A stretch of DNA of 64,000 bases from Phoronis australis. Taxonomy: Eukaryota > Animalia > Phoronida. Below are positions 12,160-22,673 of this stretch, one piece after another. Below the pieces are notes generated by a model. The model did not search any database. It was not told the origin of the DNA and saw nothing but the letters and a program-made list of their open reading frames with translations. The stretch's first letter is position 1, and each line of letters starts with the position of its first letter. The position numbers and the translations under genes are program-made. Location: contig NMRA01000492.1 in assembly GCA_002633005.1 (NCBI GenBank), positions 62,001 to 126,000 of the forward strand, read 5' to 3'.

Positions 12160-12432
12160 GAGATGATGACAGCTTCGCAACAGCAAAAATTGTTCTGAAA
12201 TTAATAAAACCAACCAGTTCCGATAATTTGTTGGGACATGTACGCAACCTCGTGGAAGAAGAACAGTTGATCGGATAATCGGTGAGTAGAGAAACTTGCA
12301 AATAAGTGCTGCTATATTTCATGGCGCCGAAAGCGGACGCAAAAGATCGCTCCACAACTTTAACAGCAAGCTAATGGTAGAACGCCAACTTTTCCAACAC
12401 CGGTAAATAATTTAGTTCACTCAAGGAAGAGT
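12160..12432 (+). repeat. ~270-bp interspersed repeat; diverged inverted copy at 17560-17862
   Basis: Shared blocks in reverse complement, e.g. CCGATAATTTGTTGGGACATGTACGCAA vs TTGCGTACATGTCACAACAAATTATCGG and TTCCAACACCGGTAAA vs TTTACCGGTGTTGGAA. Confidence 0.7.
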
Positions 12433-14164
12433 TTATTTTTTAATGACACTAACTTTGTATCACTTTTTTGTTACGCAGGCTTGGATTAGTGACACGAAAT
12501 ATAGGCTTGAAACAACTAGAACATTCAAGCGTATAGGCGTGACATTAGTCTGTAGGAGTTGAGGGTAGAGGCTGTTGAAGGGTCGGGTAAAGCAAGGAGT
12601 GTCCATGGGAAGGAAGACAGGGGTGTCAAATCCAAAATGGGATGTACTGGAGAGGAATGGAAAGGGCGGGGCGTTCAATCCAAAATTTGTCACATGTGGT
12701 TTTCAGGAAGAAAACCCAGTATTTTTTATTTTGGAAATGGCATAATATATATTTCGTCTAGTCGATATTCTCCGAAAATGTAAGTTTAAACTGCCCTTAA
12801 TCTCGCTTTTACTTATTAGCTAACCACACGAGAACCCGTTTGTCTACACTACCTAATTACATTGTCAAGATGTTGGACGAAATCGTGGAATCGTGTATAT
12901 CAAGCATATGTTGCGTTTGAATCAATTAAGGATTCTGGCGATGACGTAGACAAAATTCATCCAAAAAGCGTTAGTAGCTGATCATTACGTTACATTATAT
13001 TTGGCAATAAAAGTGGTGCTTTAAACAAGCATACGGCATGCAAGAGCCAAATTTACATGTAACATAGTTCAAGGTAGGCTTTAACATTTAAAAATCTCTA
13101 AATCTTTCTTAAACATTGAAACACTATAAACAATGCAATTTGTGACTTTCGTTTTTTGTTACTGTTTTTTTTTCTTAAAACCTTGTCCGTACACCGTGCG
13201 TGCGTGCGTGCGTGCGCGCGTGCGCGCATCCATATCAAGCTGCCAGGAATTACCTACTTATTCATACACACGTGAAGCATGCTCATTTATGTCAATTATT
13301 TGGAATAAATAGAATGTACGCTCACTTTTTAGTAGTTTTGAATTCAAGTATTTATTTTGTACAGACGTCGGTGGTGGTGTTGACGCTGATTGTAATCCAA
13401 ATGAATGTGATTGTGGTGGTCACGGCGGGGGGTATAGTCGGTGGGCCAGAATTTATAGGGCCTCTAGAAAATGGTTTTTGTGAGTACTTTAGGGGGCAAT
13501 TTTATTTTGGTGTTTTTTTAATTCATTTATTAGAGTGTTTTCAAAATCTAAAAAGTTCCCACATATAAAGTTGCACATTTTTGAGAAATTTGAGTTTGAA
13601 GTTACCTAATAATCACCAAAGAGCTTAATAGTAAACTTATATTTGTAAAAACAACAGTTTTGGTGACTTTTTTGTAAAACAAGTAATATAGTCCCATCAG
13701 TGCCATTGTATTGAACAATATTACACTCACATTACATGTTTTACTATTGAAGATTAATTGTAAACAGTGAAATTTTAAAAAATGTAAAGAGACACCTAGT
13801 GGCAAAAATGCAAACTAAGTCTGAAAGTTATCCTGGCATTGTCTGGCAACAAAAATAACACAAAACACTTGAGACTGGGCAAAATTTGTGCCTCAATTTC
13901 TAAAACATTGACTAATGGTGTAAAGTATAGCTTGTTTGCATAATACACCAGAAATACGTTATAGTACAAAAACATATAGTTGAATGATCTCTGTGAATGT
14001 GCACACAGACTGTGTGAAAATAATAGATTATTCTGACAGCGTTTATCAAGCAGTATGAGGCAAATACATGACAATGATCAAAGTATGTACTTTTTATGAC
14101 TTAATCAACAAATAAAATTAACTTTTTAATACAAAAAAACGAAATAACGGGGTTGGATGTCCAT

Positions 14165-14885
14165 TTAGGGTTGACTTGTCAAAGAACTATCCAATGTTAT
14201 GCAGTCAGTGTTGGTCGTGTTACTACAGTTGTCATAGCTGCACATTTCTGTACAGTTTGACACAGCATTGCAGCACAAACTCAGTTTCCCAGCACACATG
14301 TTCTTTTTGCACTTGCAGCGTTCATCATTTAGTACTGTCAATGAAGATGCGGTCATTGCGGCTGCCATACATTTTAACTGCAAAGCTCCACCGCCAAGGA
14401 GCCAACTATGGTCGATTAGAGAGGGTACAGCACTGCACACTGGTGACTGGCCCACAGGCAATGAAGGGTCAAACACTAAGTCCTTGTTTGGAGGCGGGCA
14501 GGATTTGGGCAAACGCTTGATTCAAAATATGTTATAATGAACTGTGTTAATTAGAGTCAGCAAGTGAATTATTGAACAGTAGCCTCAATTCACTTTCGTA
14601 TCTCTTAGTCGGGCACAAACTACAACAGCGAGTAGCTCCAACAATATTTTTTAAGATTGCCTGTCCAAATAACTTCATGCACACCAGCTTTCGGAAGAAC
14701 AGCTTCAAAGTCTTGCTTTAGTTTTGAAAGGCAAATGACATCTCCTTGTGTTAGAAGCTTTGATTCAATGAACTCCAAACAAAACTGTAGAAAAACATCT
14801 CTGAAAACTGTGGATTCGTCACTCTTCACAACCGTTGTCTTTCTATTTTTTATAGCATGATGATCTGTGGTACTTGGCTTCTAAG
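14165..14885 (-). pseudogene. Academ transposase remnants
   Basis: N-terminal-type motif AKYHRS.CYKK followed by FLQFCLEFIESKLL...VICLSKL, close to a C-terminal Cys-rich tail CKCKKNMC...CCNAVSNCTEMCSYDNCSN. The central catalytic region is missing. Confidence 0.65.
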
Positions 14886-16159
14886 ACACAAGGTATTTAT
14901 CTTTGAATTTCATGGGCATATTCAGGGCTCTGGACTGAGCTGTTGCTTGCGATACAAGTCCAACTGAAAAAACCCGAACTTTTAACACTAATTTAACATT
15001 CAACTATGAGTGAGTTGGCATGCAACTTTTTCAGACGGACTTATCAGGAACTGATCCACCACCAGCCTAACAAATTTACATGCCGTCTGATCTGCAGCCT
15101 AGAAATGTTATCTCGTCTAATACTTAGAGTAGTTGATGCAACTCAAAATAAATCAGCTGATATACCAGTGCAGTGATTGAAATCAGATGCTCAAACCATA
15201 GTCAATCGATTTACACTTAAGGTAATCAACGTTTGACGAAATGGACAGTGGCTTCCATCGTCCTCAAATTTCGTCGGCGACGATGGCCACTTAGGCACTT
15301 TAATTTAATTATCATTGCAGCTACCTAAGTAATTAATGTTTACAAAAAATTGAGAAGAGGTTCCCCCTATCCCAGGACTAAGGCAGGGGATGACAGCCAC
15401 TTGGGCATGTTGTTTGCAACCATCTACTCAATTTAACCTTCTCAAAAAAATTTTGACTTAAAGTGCTTTAAAATCACACCCACAGTATAACGCCATAGGA
15501 TTATCCCTTAGCGCAAGCAGTGTCGATGTGGCAACTGAACAATGGAGTGTTCGAAAAACAGAATTGCAGGAGTATTTGTTTAAACTGGGAACAAATGAAA
15601 ACATTAACAACCTCCTCAGAGGCATCTCTCTGCGAGGTACTTCTAAACTTATAGGAACATAATTTGCCGAAAAGCATCCGGCATATGGAGTACCTATGGT
15701 ATGATCATCGTCTCTACTGGTTCAGCGGTATTGTCTAAGGCCTAGGCAGCCAAGGGGCTGAACAAGTTAAAAAAAACAACTGGTGATAATACTGAAACAC
15801 ACATGGAAAACACCAAGATGTACTTTTCAAAAACACGTACCTGTTTTTGAAGGCTATACTTCTTTCTCTTTCTTGAAATATGGTCCATAATATACTTTTC
15901 CTGCTAACAAATGTTGCACTCATGTTTCAGAATGTTCCTATCTTATTCAGGTTAATTGGGTGTTTCAGATTTTGGAAGTATAATTGATTTTCGTGGGAAA
16001 TCTTGGATAACATCTGTATCACTTTCCGCAACTTCAGCTTTATTACTACTGTTGGTGCCTTGAAACGTTGCTATGCCGTTTTATGTCCTTTCAATTTTTT
16101 GGTCTGACAAATGGTCTTCTAGTCTACAGTACTCAGCAGTGTACTGTGTAGGCTACAAC

Positions 16160-16294
16160 AGGGCCCGGTCTCCAATCTTTTTACTCAAAATGGAACTCCA
16201 AATTAGGTTTGGCATTTTCTACTCTACTTTTGGGTGAAATCAAGATAAGTGTCTATTATTCTATGCTCGAGTACACAATAACTTACGTAGATAA
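16160..16294 (+). mobile_element. MITE with GGGCCCGG terminus (Harbinger-like), cut by the assembly gap
   Basis: Almost identical to 63789-63925; related to the two-ended copy at 30935-31282. Confidence 0.65.
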
Positions 16295-16468
16295 NNNNNN
16301 NNNNNNNNNNNNNNNNNNNNNNNNNNNNNNNNNNNNNNNNNNNNNNNNNNNNNNNNNNNNNNNNNNNNNNNNNNNNNNNNNNNNNNNNNNNNNNNNNNNN
16401 NNNNNNNNNNNNNNNNNNNNNNNNNNNNNNNNNNNNNNNNNNNNNNNNNNNNNNNNNNNNNNNNNNNN
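16295..16468. other. Scaffold gap (run of N)
   Basis: 174 consecutive N. Confidence 0.99.
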
Positions 16469-17019
16469 AGCTTCTTTAGGCTCTGACATCACAATTTTGT
16501 GCTGTTTGATAAACCTTGAATTATACAGGCATCACACTCCATGGGAGCAGCCATATTGAAGTAACTAAGCACAACAATACAATCTGGCTCTCTGATTGGT
16601 CAATTTAATAGAAAAGCGCCACCAAGTGGCAGGAATGTGCATCATATTTTGTGCAACAAAAACACCTTTTTTAAAAAAAATGTGCAAGTGTAGACCTGGG
16701 AACTTTTTGGAATTTGATTTATAGGTATATTATCTAGCCACATAGAAAAAACTAGGTTGCCCCCCCCAAAGTACTCACAAGGATGAACGCTATGAGATCT
16801 GGCCCACCGACTAGTAGTAGCATTGGAATTTTGGCATTGCTATTGTGGTAGGGATGACTTAACTGACACCGATACTGGAAATATCGGTGGCACATGGAAG
16901 CATCTCTGATATTGGTCACGTGTCCATGGTAAATACAAGGCTGCCTTGTTGGTATATAAAAATTGCGATTGCATTAAATCGATATACCATGACGCTAATT
17001 TTATAAAGTTTGTTCTTAC

Positions 17020-17247
17020 TTTGTTCAAACGTATGGGCCCAACTGGGTATAAGGCAGTAGCCGTAGGTGAGGTCATCCTCTGACGTCCGGTTGGTCCCAA
17101 CTTGGTCAGTAGTGGGTAGATTATTTCCAATGCAGGAGGTCCTATACCAGAAGCAGGCTGCGACGTGCGTGAAAAGCAGGCATATTATCAAATACTTAGC
17201 TAGTCGATGTCGGAACGTGTGGGACCCAATATCTTCTTCGCGACGAC
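17020..17247 (-). CDS. CNG/KCNH-like cation channel, coding exon 2 (S4-S5 linker, S5, extracellular loop)
   Basis: Acceptor AATTACAG, donor GTAAGA, phase 1 matching the previous exon. Reads RREEDIGSHTFRHRLAKYLIICLLFTHVAACFWY...CLIPSW; HxxACxWY is the S5 signature of this superfamily. Confidence 0.82.
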
Positions 17248-17559
17248 CTGTAATTTCGTTAAAGGGTCAGTTTTAAACCTGTTGTATCCTTTAACTAAAC
17301 ACATTTTCTTTCGAATAGATCACTTTCACAGCGAAACTAAACAATCCTCTGAAACCCTCGCCAACCCTCATAAATTTTGTCGCTCGTTCGTAATGTGACT
17401 AATATTTTGTGCTTGTTAAGGAATTTTAGAGTCTGAATCATCCCTTTATAACCATAGCCTTGGCGCCAAGCTGTATAGTTATTATACAGCTTTCCGCCGA
17501 TATGGGTATAAAAGTAACAAACCGAAATCTGACACAAAATTATAGTCATTGAAACCTAC

Positions 17560-17862
17560 AGTCTTCCTTTAGTAAACTAAATTTTTTACCGGTGTTGGAA
17601 AAATTGGCATTCTGCCGTTATTCTGCTACTAAAACTGTGGTGCGATATTTTGCGTCGGCTTTTGGCGCCAGGAAATATTGCGTCACCTATTAGCCAGTTT
17701 CTTTTTTCCCCGGCTCTTCAATCGACTGTTTTTCTCTTCCACGAGATTGCGTACATGTCACAACAAATTATCGGAAATGGTTTCACTTCATTATAAGTTT
17801 TTAGAAATTTGATACCAGCAAACCGAATTTCAGAGCAAATTTTGCTGCTTCGAAGCTATCAT
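17560..17862 (-). repeat. Inverted copy of the 12160-12432 repeat
   Basis: Reverse-complement similarity to 12160-12432. Confidence 0.7.
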
Positions 17863-18066
17863 CATGTTTCGAAACCCATAACAAACAAATTGAAACATCA
17901 GCTATTGTTTGGTTTGTTTGTTATGCCTCTCGGTGCTTTGCTACATAGTTGCACACCTGAAGAAAGGAGATTGTTTCGACAAAACGAGCGACTCTGTATC
18001 AAGCTTTCAAACAAAAAGTTTAGTCGTGTTTTCAACGAAGCAATCAGAGCAGTAAAACCAACTCAC

Positions 18067-18811
18067 TGAAGAACGAAACGATTCTATATGCACGGAACAG
18101 ACGTGAGAAGCGAAACCCCGCCAGAACGTTTGCCAAAGGTAGCTTCCAGGTTGCGAGTAAAGCGAACAGCTCAACAGGGAAAACGGTTAGTAAATCGATG
18201 ATGCCGATGTAATCCCCTCGCCTTCCAAGCAAGTATTGGAGCGCTATGGCCTTCCTGTGCGTGACCACTATACCGTGTTTTTCATACGGGAGGAAAAATC
18301 GAAGTAGGATGTCAAACAGAAAGACTATGTCGCAGAATACGGCGACTGCCCAGAACCCTGGGTTTACAGCATCGAAACAACCGATCAAAGGAGTCACAGC
18401 TATTGTAGCGAAAATTGTGACTATACAGAACCAATCCCAGCCGTTAATTATAGGATGGTGTGCCAGTCGCATAGTCGCCCGCAAAAAAGTACAGAGATGC
18501 CTCATGGATTGTTTTAGGTTGCCTATAGTCCATTTTGGATAGATTGTAAGATTTTGTTCTTCCATTGAAAACAGACGACTTGTAGGATGCTCCCCCAAAT
18601 CTCTGGCCCGGTTTGTACGAGAACTTTTCCTACGCGCCGTAAGAAACATGTTCTTTGATAATTCACCACTGATGGTTTCTTTTAAGCAGACATCTTTTTC
18701 TTTGCTCACATTCAAAGTTAGTTCTGAAGTTATTTTCTTCGGTATTGTCCTCAGGTTCATTGTTCTTCCTTCCAGTCTCGGGTTCTTGGTCGATTTCTTC
18801 AAGTTTTTCAT
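18067..18811 (-). CDS. CNG/KCNH-like cation channel, first visible coding exon (N-terminus, S1-S4)
   Basis: WDWFCIVTIF (S1), CDIVFLFDILLRFF (S2), IIDLLTVFPVELF (S3), FRFSRLFRAYRI (S4 arginines). Ends at a GTGAGT donor (18066-18061). ATG at 18811, preceded by a possible acceptor TTGTTCAG. Confidence 0.85.
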
Positions 18812-21019
18812 GATGACCTGAACAAGTAAATCATAACTTTTCAAAGCAGTAAAAGCGAAGATTGAGATCGCTTAACAGTAAATACATGCGCGTTCAATAC
18901 GATTTTGTATGACTTCGTTCATTTGACGCGTAATTCAATCACGTGCACTGAATAACTTGACATGAAAATCATGAAATACGTTTATTAATTTGAACAAATT
19001 TCTCTCCTTTTTTCTTGTCGTGATAGTAGTTTTTAGAAGTTGTGAATCAAACTGCAGCAGTGACTAGCGTTTGCTGGCCATTCGTTTATATTTTGCCTAA
19101 AGCCTCGTGATGTTATCGTCATTAAGCTTGCGGAATTAGTCTTAATATTGGCATGTTCCACTTTTACCCACAACCCAAAACAAGGCCTTTAAATCAGTTT
19201 GAATCTGCGTCCCAAGAAAATTGGACAATAATCAATTATTATTTATTCAGATCACGTAAGCCTATCAGGTGGGTACACTTGCTTTCCATTGGTCAGTGAT
19301 GGTTAACTTCCAGCAAATGCAAACTTGTGACGTTTTGCTCGATGTTCAGGCATTAAGGAGCTCTCCAATGGAATGGTTTCAATGGAAAAATTTACTTTAC
19401 TTGTCATGCTTTGGTTGAGTTCGTCATTGGTGCCAGCGGCAGAAAAAATATCGCTATTAAGTGTACACCCTATTGCGTGACGACTTTATAGCCTCAAGCT
19501 TGAAGATATGGTCATTTATCAAAATCTGCAAGCATTTCGTGTTAAAGTCGACAGTTCCGTGAATTGAGGCGACCCTAACATAACCACAATCAGACTGCGT
19601 TTTTGTGAAAGAATTTACAGCATGGAAAATCCACACACAGACATCTTTCGAACGATGGCTTCTGTGTATCTGTACTCAAACAATTGGCTGTTTGTGAGAA
19701 TACTATTGACGTTTCAATGAGTAACAAATTTTGTTCGGTACTGGACGGACAAGAGTAGATATGATTCGACAGTAAACGTAGCCACTTTATGATCACAAGG
19801 GTCTTACACATCCGGAACACCTCAGGAATTTCCATAACCTCAAATTGTCTCTCCTGGTGTTTCATGAGTGCCCACGTGCGAACTTCAGTCTTTACAACAA
19901 AGGGATTTAGTCAAGAGGTTGCCAAAGTCATTGCTTCATTCCAGCAACGTCATTCTCTCTTGTTTAAAGAACTTAAAATCGCCAATTTCATATCAAAAAC
20001 ATCAAAAAATAGCCCCACCAGTCGGCCAGCCGTCAAATTATAACACACGCAAACACAATCCGACCACATATTAATTAGCTGATCTCGAGTTATGAGCATT
20101 TAGTGGTCGATACATACTTTACTAAAAATCGGGACAACCAATTACATCACTAGTCATACTCCCTTGTGTTTATTGTGAAAAGTCACAAGATATTGTTGCT
20201 AGTTTTCTTGTGATTTGTGGTGTAATAAGAAATGGCGAGGCGTTGCGTTTGATTGTGGCAACTTAGTATTTCACCCCGGCCAACCCGCGATCGAGAACGA
20301 GACCTTACACCAAAAATGGCAGACGACAGTGAAGTGAGTTTAAGTGTCATTTTCTTCTTAAATAGAGGCTACTTTGGTACCAATGCGACACACCAAAAAG
20401 AGTCAGAGTTTAGCCTTTGTTGTGGATCTGAAATAATACTTGGCTTTTGCTATTTTTTTGAAATAGAGACCGCAGAATGCAATGGCTTTCGGTAAAATGA
20501 CTTGCATCTCGTAAATTCGTCAATTTCTACTTGTTATTAGCAATTCCTGGGTTCTTCAGTGGACACGTGTGACGTTTATAGTCAAATCGTCCCTGGTGAC
20601 ACCTTTGTTAGTTATAATTTGTGAAACAATTCGACGTATCTACCGATACAAGCAGGTCCTTGTGTGAGACGGCGATCGTTAACGTAGCTGTTAATTCTCC
20701 ATGGCGATCGTGAACGCAAAAAATGCGATCGTGAACGCACATTTTTTTCTGTGCATTTTCCTGAATAATTGTTAAAGCTACGGTGTTATATCAATAATTT
20801 TAGAATAATACGACCATGAATTAGTTGGCAGGTCAATTGTTTGTTATACTTTCACCGTTTCTTAGGATTTCTGTGTGAGATTTAGCCTCACAAGGGTATG
20901 ATTAAATGCGTTTGATTTTTCAGTTGAATTGTAGCCGCATGAGGAGTCCTTCAGAGCGTTAACATACACGCCCTTCAAAAAAGAGTACCGGTAGCATAAC
21001 TGCTGCATGTGAGAAAGGG

Positions 21020-21345
21020 CTGTGTATGCATATGTGTTGTGGAGCTTCGTTCAGGAAGAAACCTTTTTTGTATAACCACATGACAATAAAACACAGTGTC
21101 ACTCACTAGCTGCAAGCAAGACCTTTACCAGCCCCGTGTTGCATGGGGCAAGATTTTTTTACCGCATAAGAAAACACAATATGAAGCATAGTGCTCAGGA
21201 ACCAAGTTGTTTCAATGCCCTATCTGCGATCAATGTTTCACAGAAAGAGTAAGCCTGAGGACACTACTTGTTGTAAGTTTTGAATGTGTCATGTAAAGAG
21301 AATGCCTCCTTCTACAGACATGAGAATCAGAATCACCATGAATGA
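21020..21345 (+). pseudogene. Degenerate C2H2 zinc-finger array inside the 6-bp-TSD element
   Basis: Fragments CCGASFRKKPFLYNHMTIKH, FQCPICDQCFTERVSLR and FYRHENQNH, broken by stops and frameshifts. Confidence 0.55.
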
Positions 21346-22372
21346 AATTATTCACTCCAGTAGTGAAAGTTGTTAATTCACGAAACTTTATTCAGGTTTA
21401 CAGAGTTTATGGTTAGTAGTTGTCTGATGTGATAGTATTTTGACGTTTTGTTTTGAACCTTTTTCCAATTTGTGTTATTTCAGCAGCATCTTTAACAGAA
21501 CCAGTGCATTTTTGTTGTGGTTGGGTACATTTAAATGGCCACTCTATGTGTCATTAGGTGATTCTTAATACAATTGTTATGACCAATTAGTACTTTAAAG
21601 GAAAACTATATGTCTGCCATAACTGTAGAAACTGTTTTCATGTTTTTGTTGATTCCCTGTGAGAGAATTTTATACTATGAACCGGTCCGAAATAGATTGT
21701 CTATGATTCAGTGATGATTTAGTCTAATACACTCCAAAAATAATTCGCAGGAAATGTACACTGGATGTGTTATGTTGATTTCCCTAAAGCAATGTTTTAT
21801 ATCTTTTTTCCGTATGACCAATTTTGAGGTGTGTGATAAAAGATTAATAATATTATAGAATTACTTTAATATTGTTGTTGAGTTCCTGTGTAATCACTAC
21901 ATTGTGTCTTGAAGTGATGTTAAAGACAACATTTTAACTACGTTTTTGAGAAAATCACAATATAGTAGGTGTATTATATCTTGCCTCACTCTTTTTCAAT
22001 ATCACGTTAAACTGGAGATCATGAACTGAAGATGCACTCAGGACCAGTACTACAAAACAGAAGAGTCAAACATATGTTGTATATCCAAGCCACACAAGTG
22101 CCACAAGTCAATCTGTTCATCTCTGTATCGATAATATCAGTAAATCATCCAACACCCGTTTTATCAGCAAAACAGTTAACACTATTTCTGGCATTTTTTT
22201 TTAAATCCCAGACGTTCATGAGCGGTAATCTTTGAATCACCTCACGAATGGTGTTGCCGCACTCTTCTTGCTCCCCACAGGCACGCTCATCATCATTCTT
22301 TGACTTCACTGGCGTATTTGTTTTTTTCCTTTTGCTGTCACAATCTTGCAAGAAGATTCGGCACTCGCTTTC

Positions 22373-22673
22373 CAGGGGCGGATCCAGGATTTTGAGTTAG
22401 GGGGGGCAAGGCAAAGGAATAGTCAGAATTTTGCCACATGCGCGCACCCAGCTTAAAATGTAGGGATGCAGGGGCCTCGAATTTTTGGGTTTGTGGACCT
22501 TATTACTAAAAAAGGTACACGGGGTTTGTTCAAGGCCTATGAATTGCGCATTAACCCTTCGAGCCCACTGGGGTGCGCGCATATGCTAGTCGGCAATTTG
22601 TACCCCGGACTGCCAAATGGTATCTGGGAGAATTTTAGGAGGTATGGCCCCCTNCCTCCTAAATCCGCCACTG
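22373..22673 (-). mobile_element. Composite MITE, 5-bp-TSD family, with inner TIR pair
   Basis: Outer TIRs CAGGGGCGGATCCAGG / CCTAAATCCGCCACTG; flanks CTTTC / CTTCC; inner CATGCGCGCACCC...GGGTGCGCGCAT (~22437-22584). Inverted relative to 62374-62711. Confidence 0.78.

Larger units (their letters stand above)
13435..16813 (-). mobile_element. Academ DNA transposon, internally deleted
   Basis: Perfect 16-bp TIR TAGTCGGTGGGCCAGA, a second matching block TTGTGAGTACTTT, 3-bp TSD GTA (13432-13434, 16814-16816), and minus-strand transposase relics. Spans the N gap. Confidence 0.82.
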
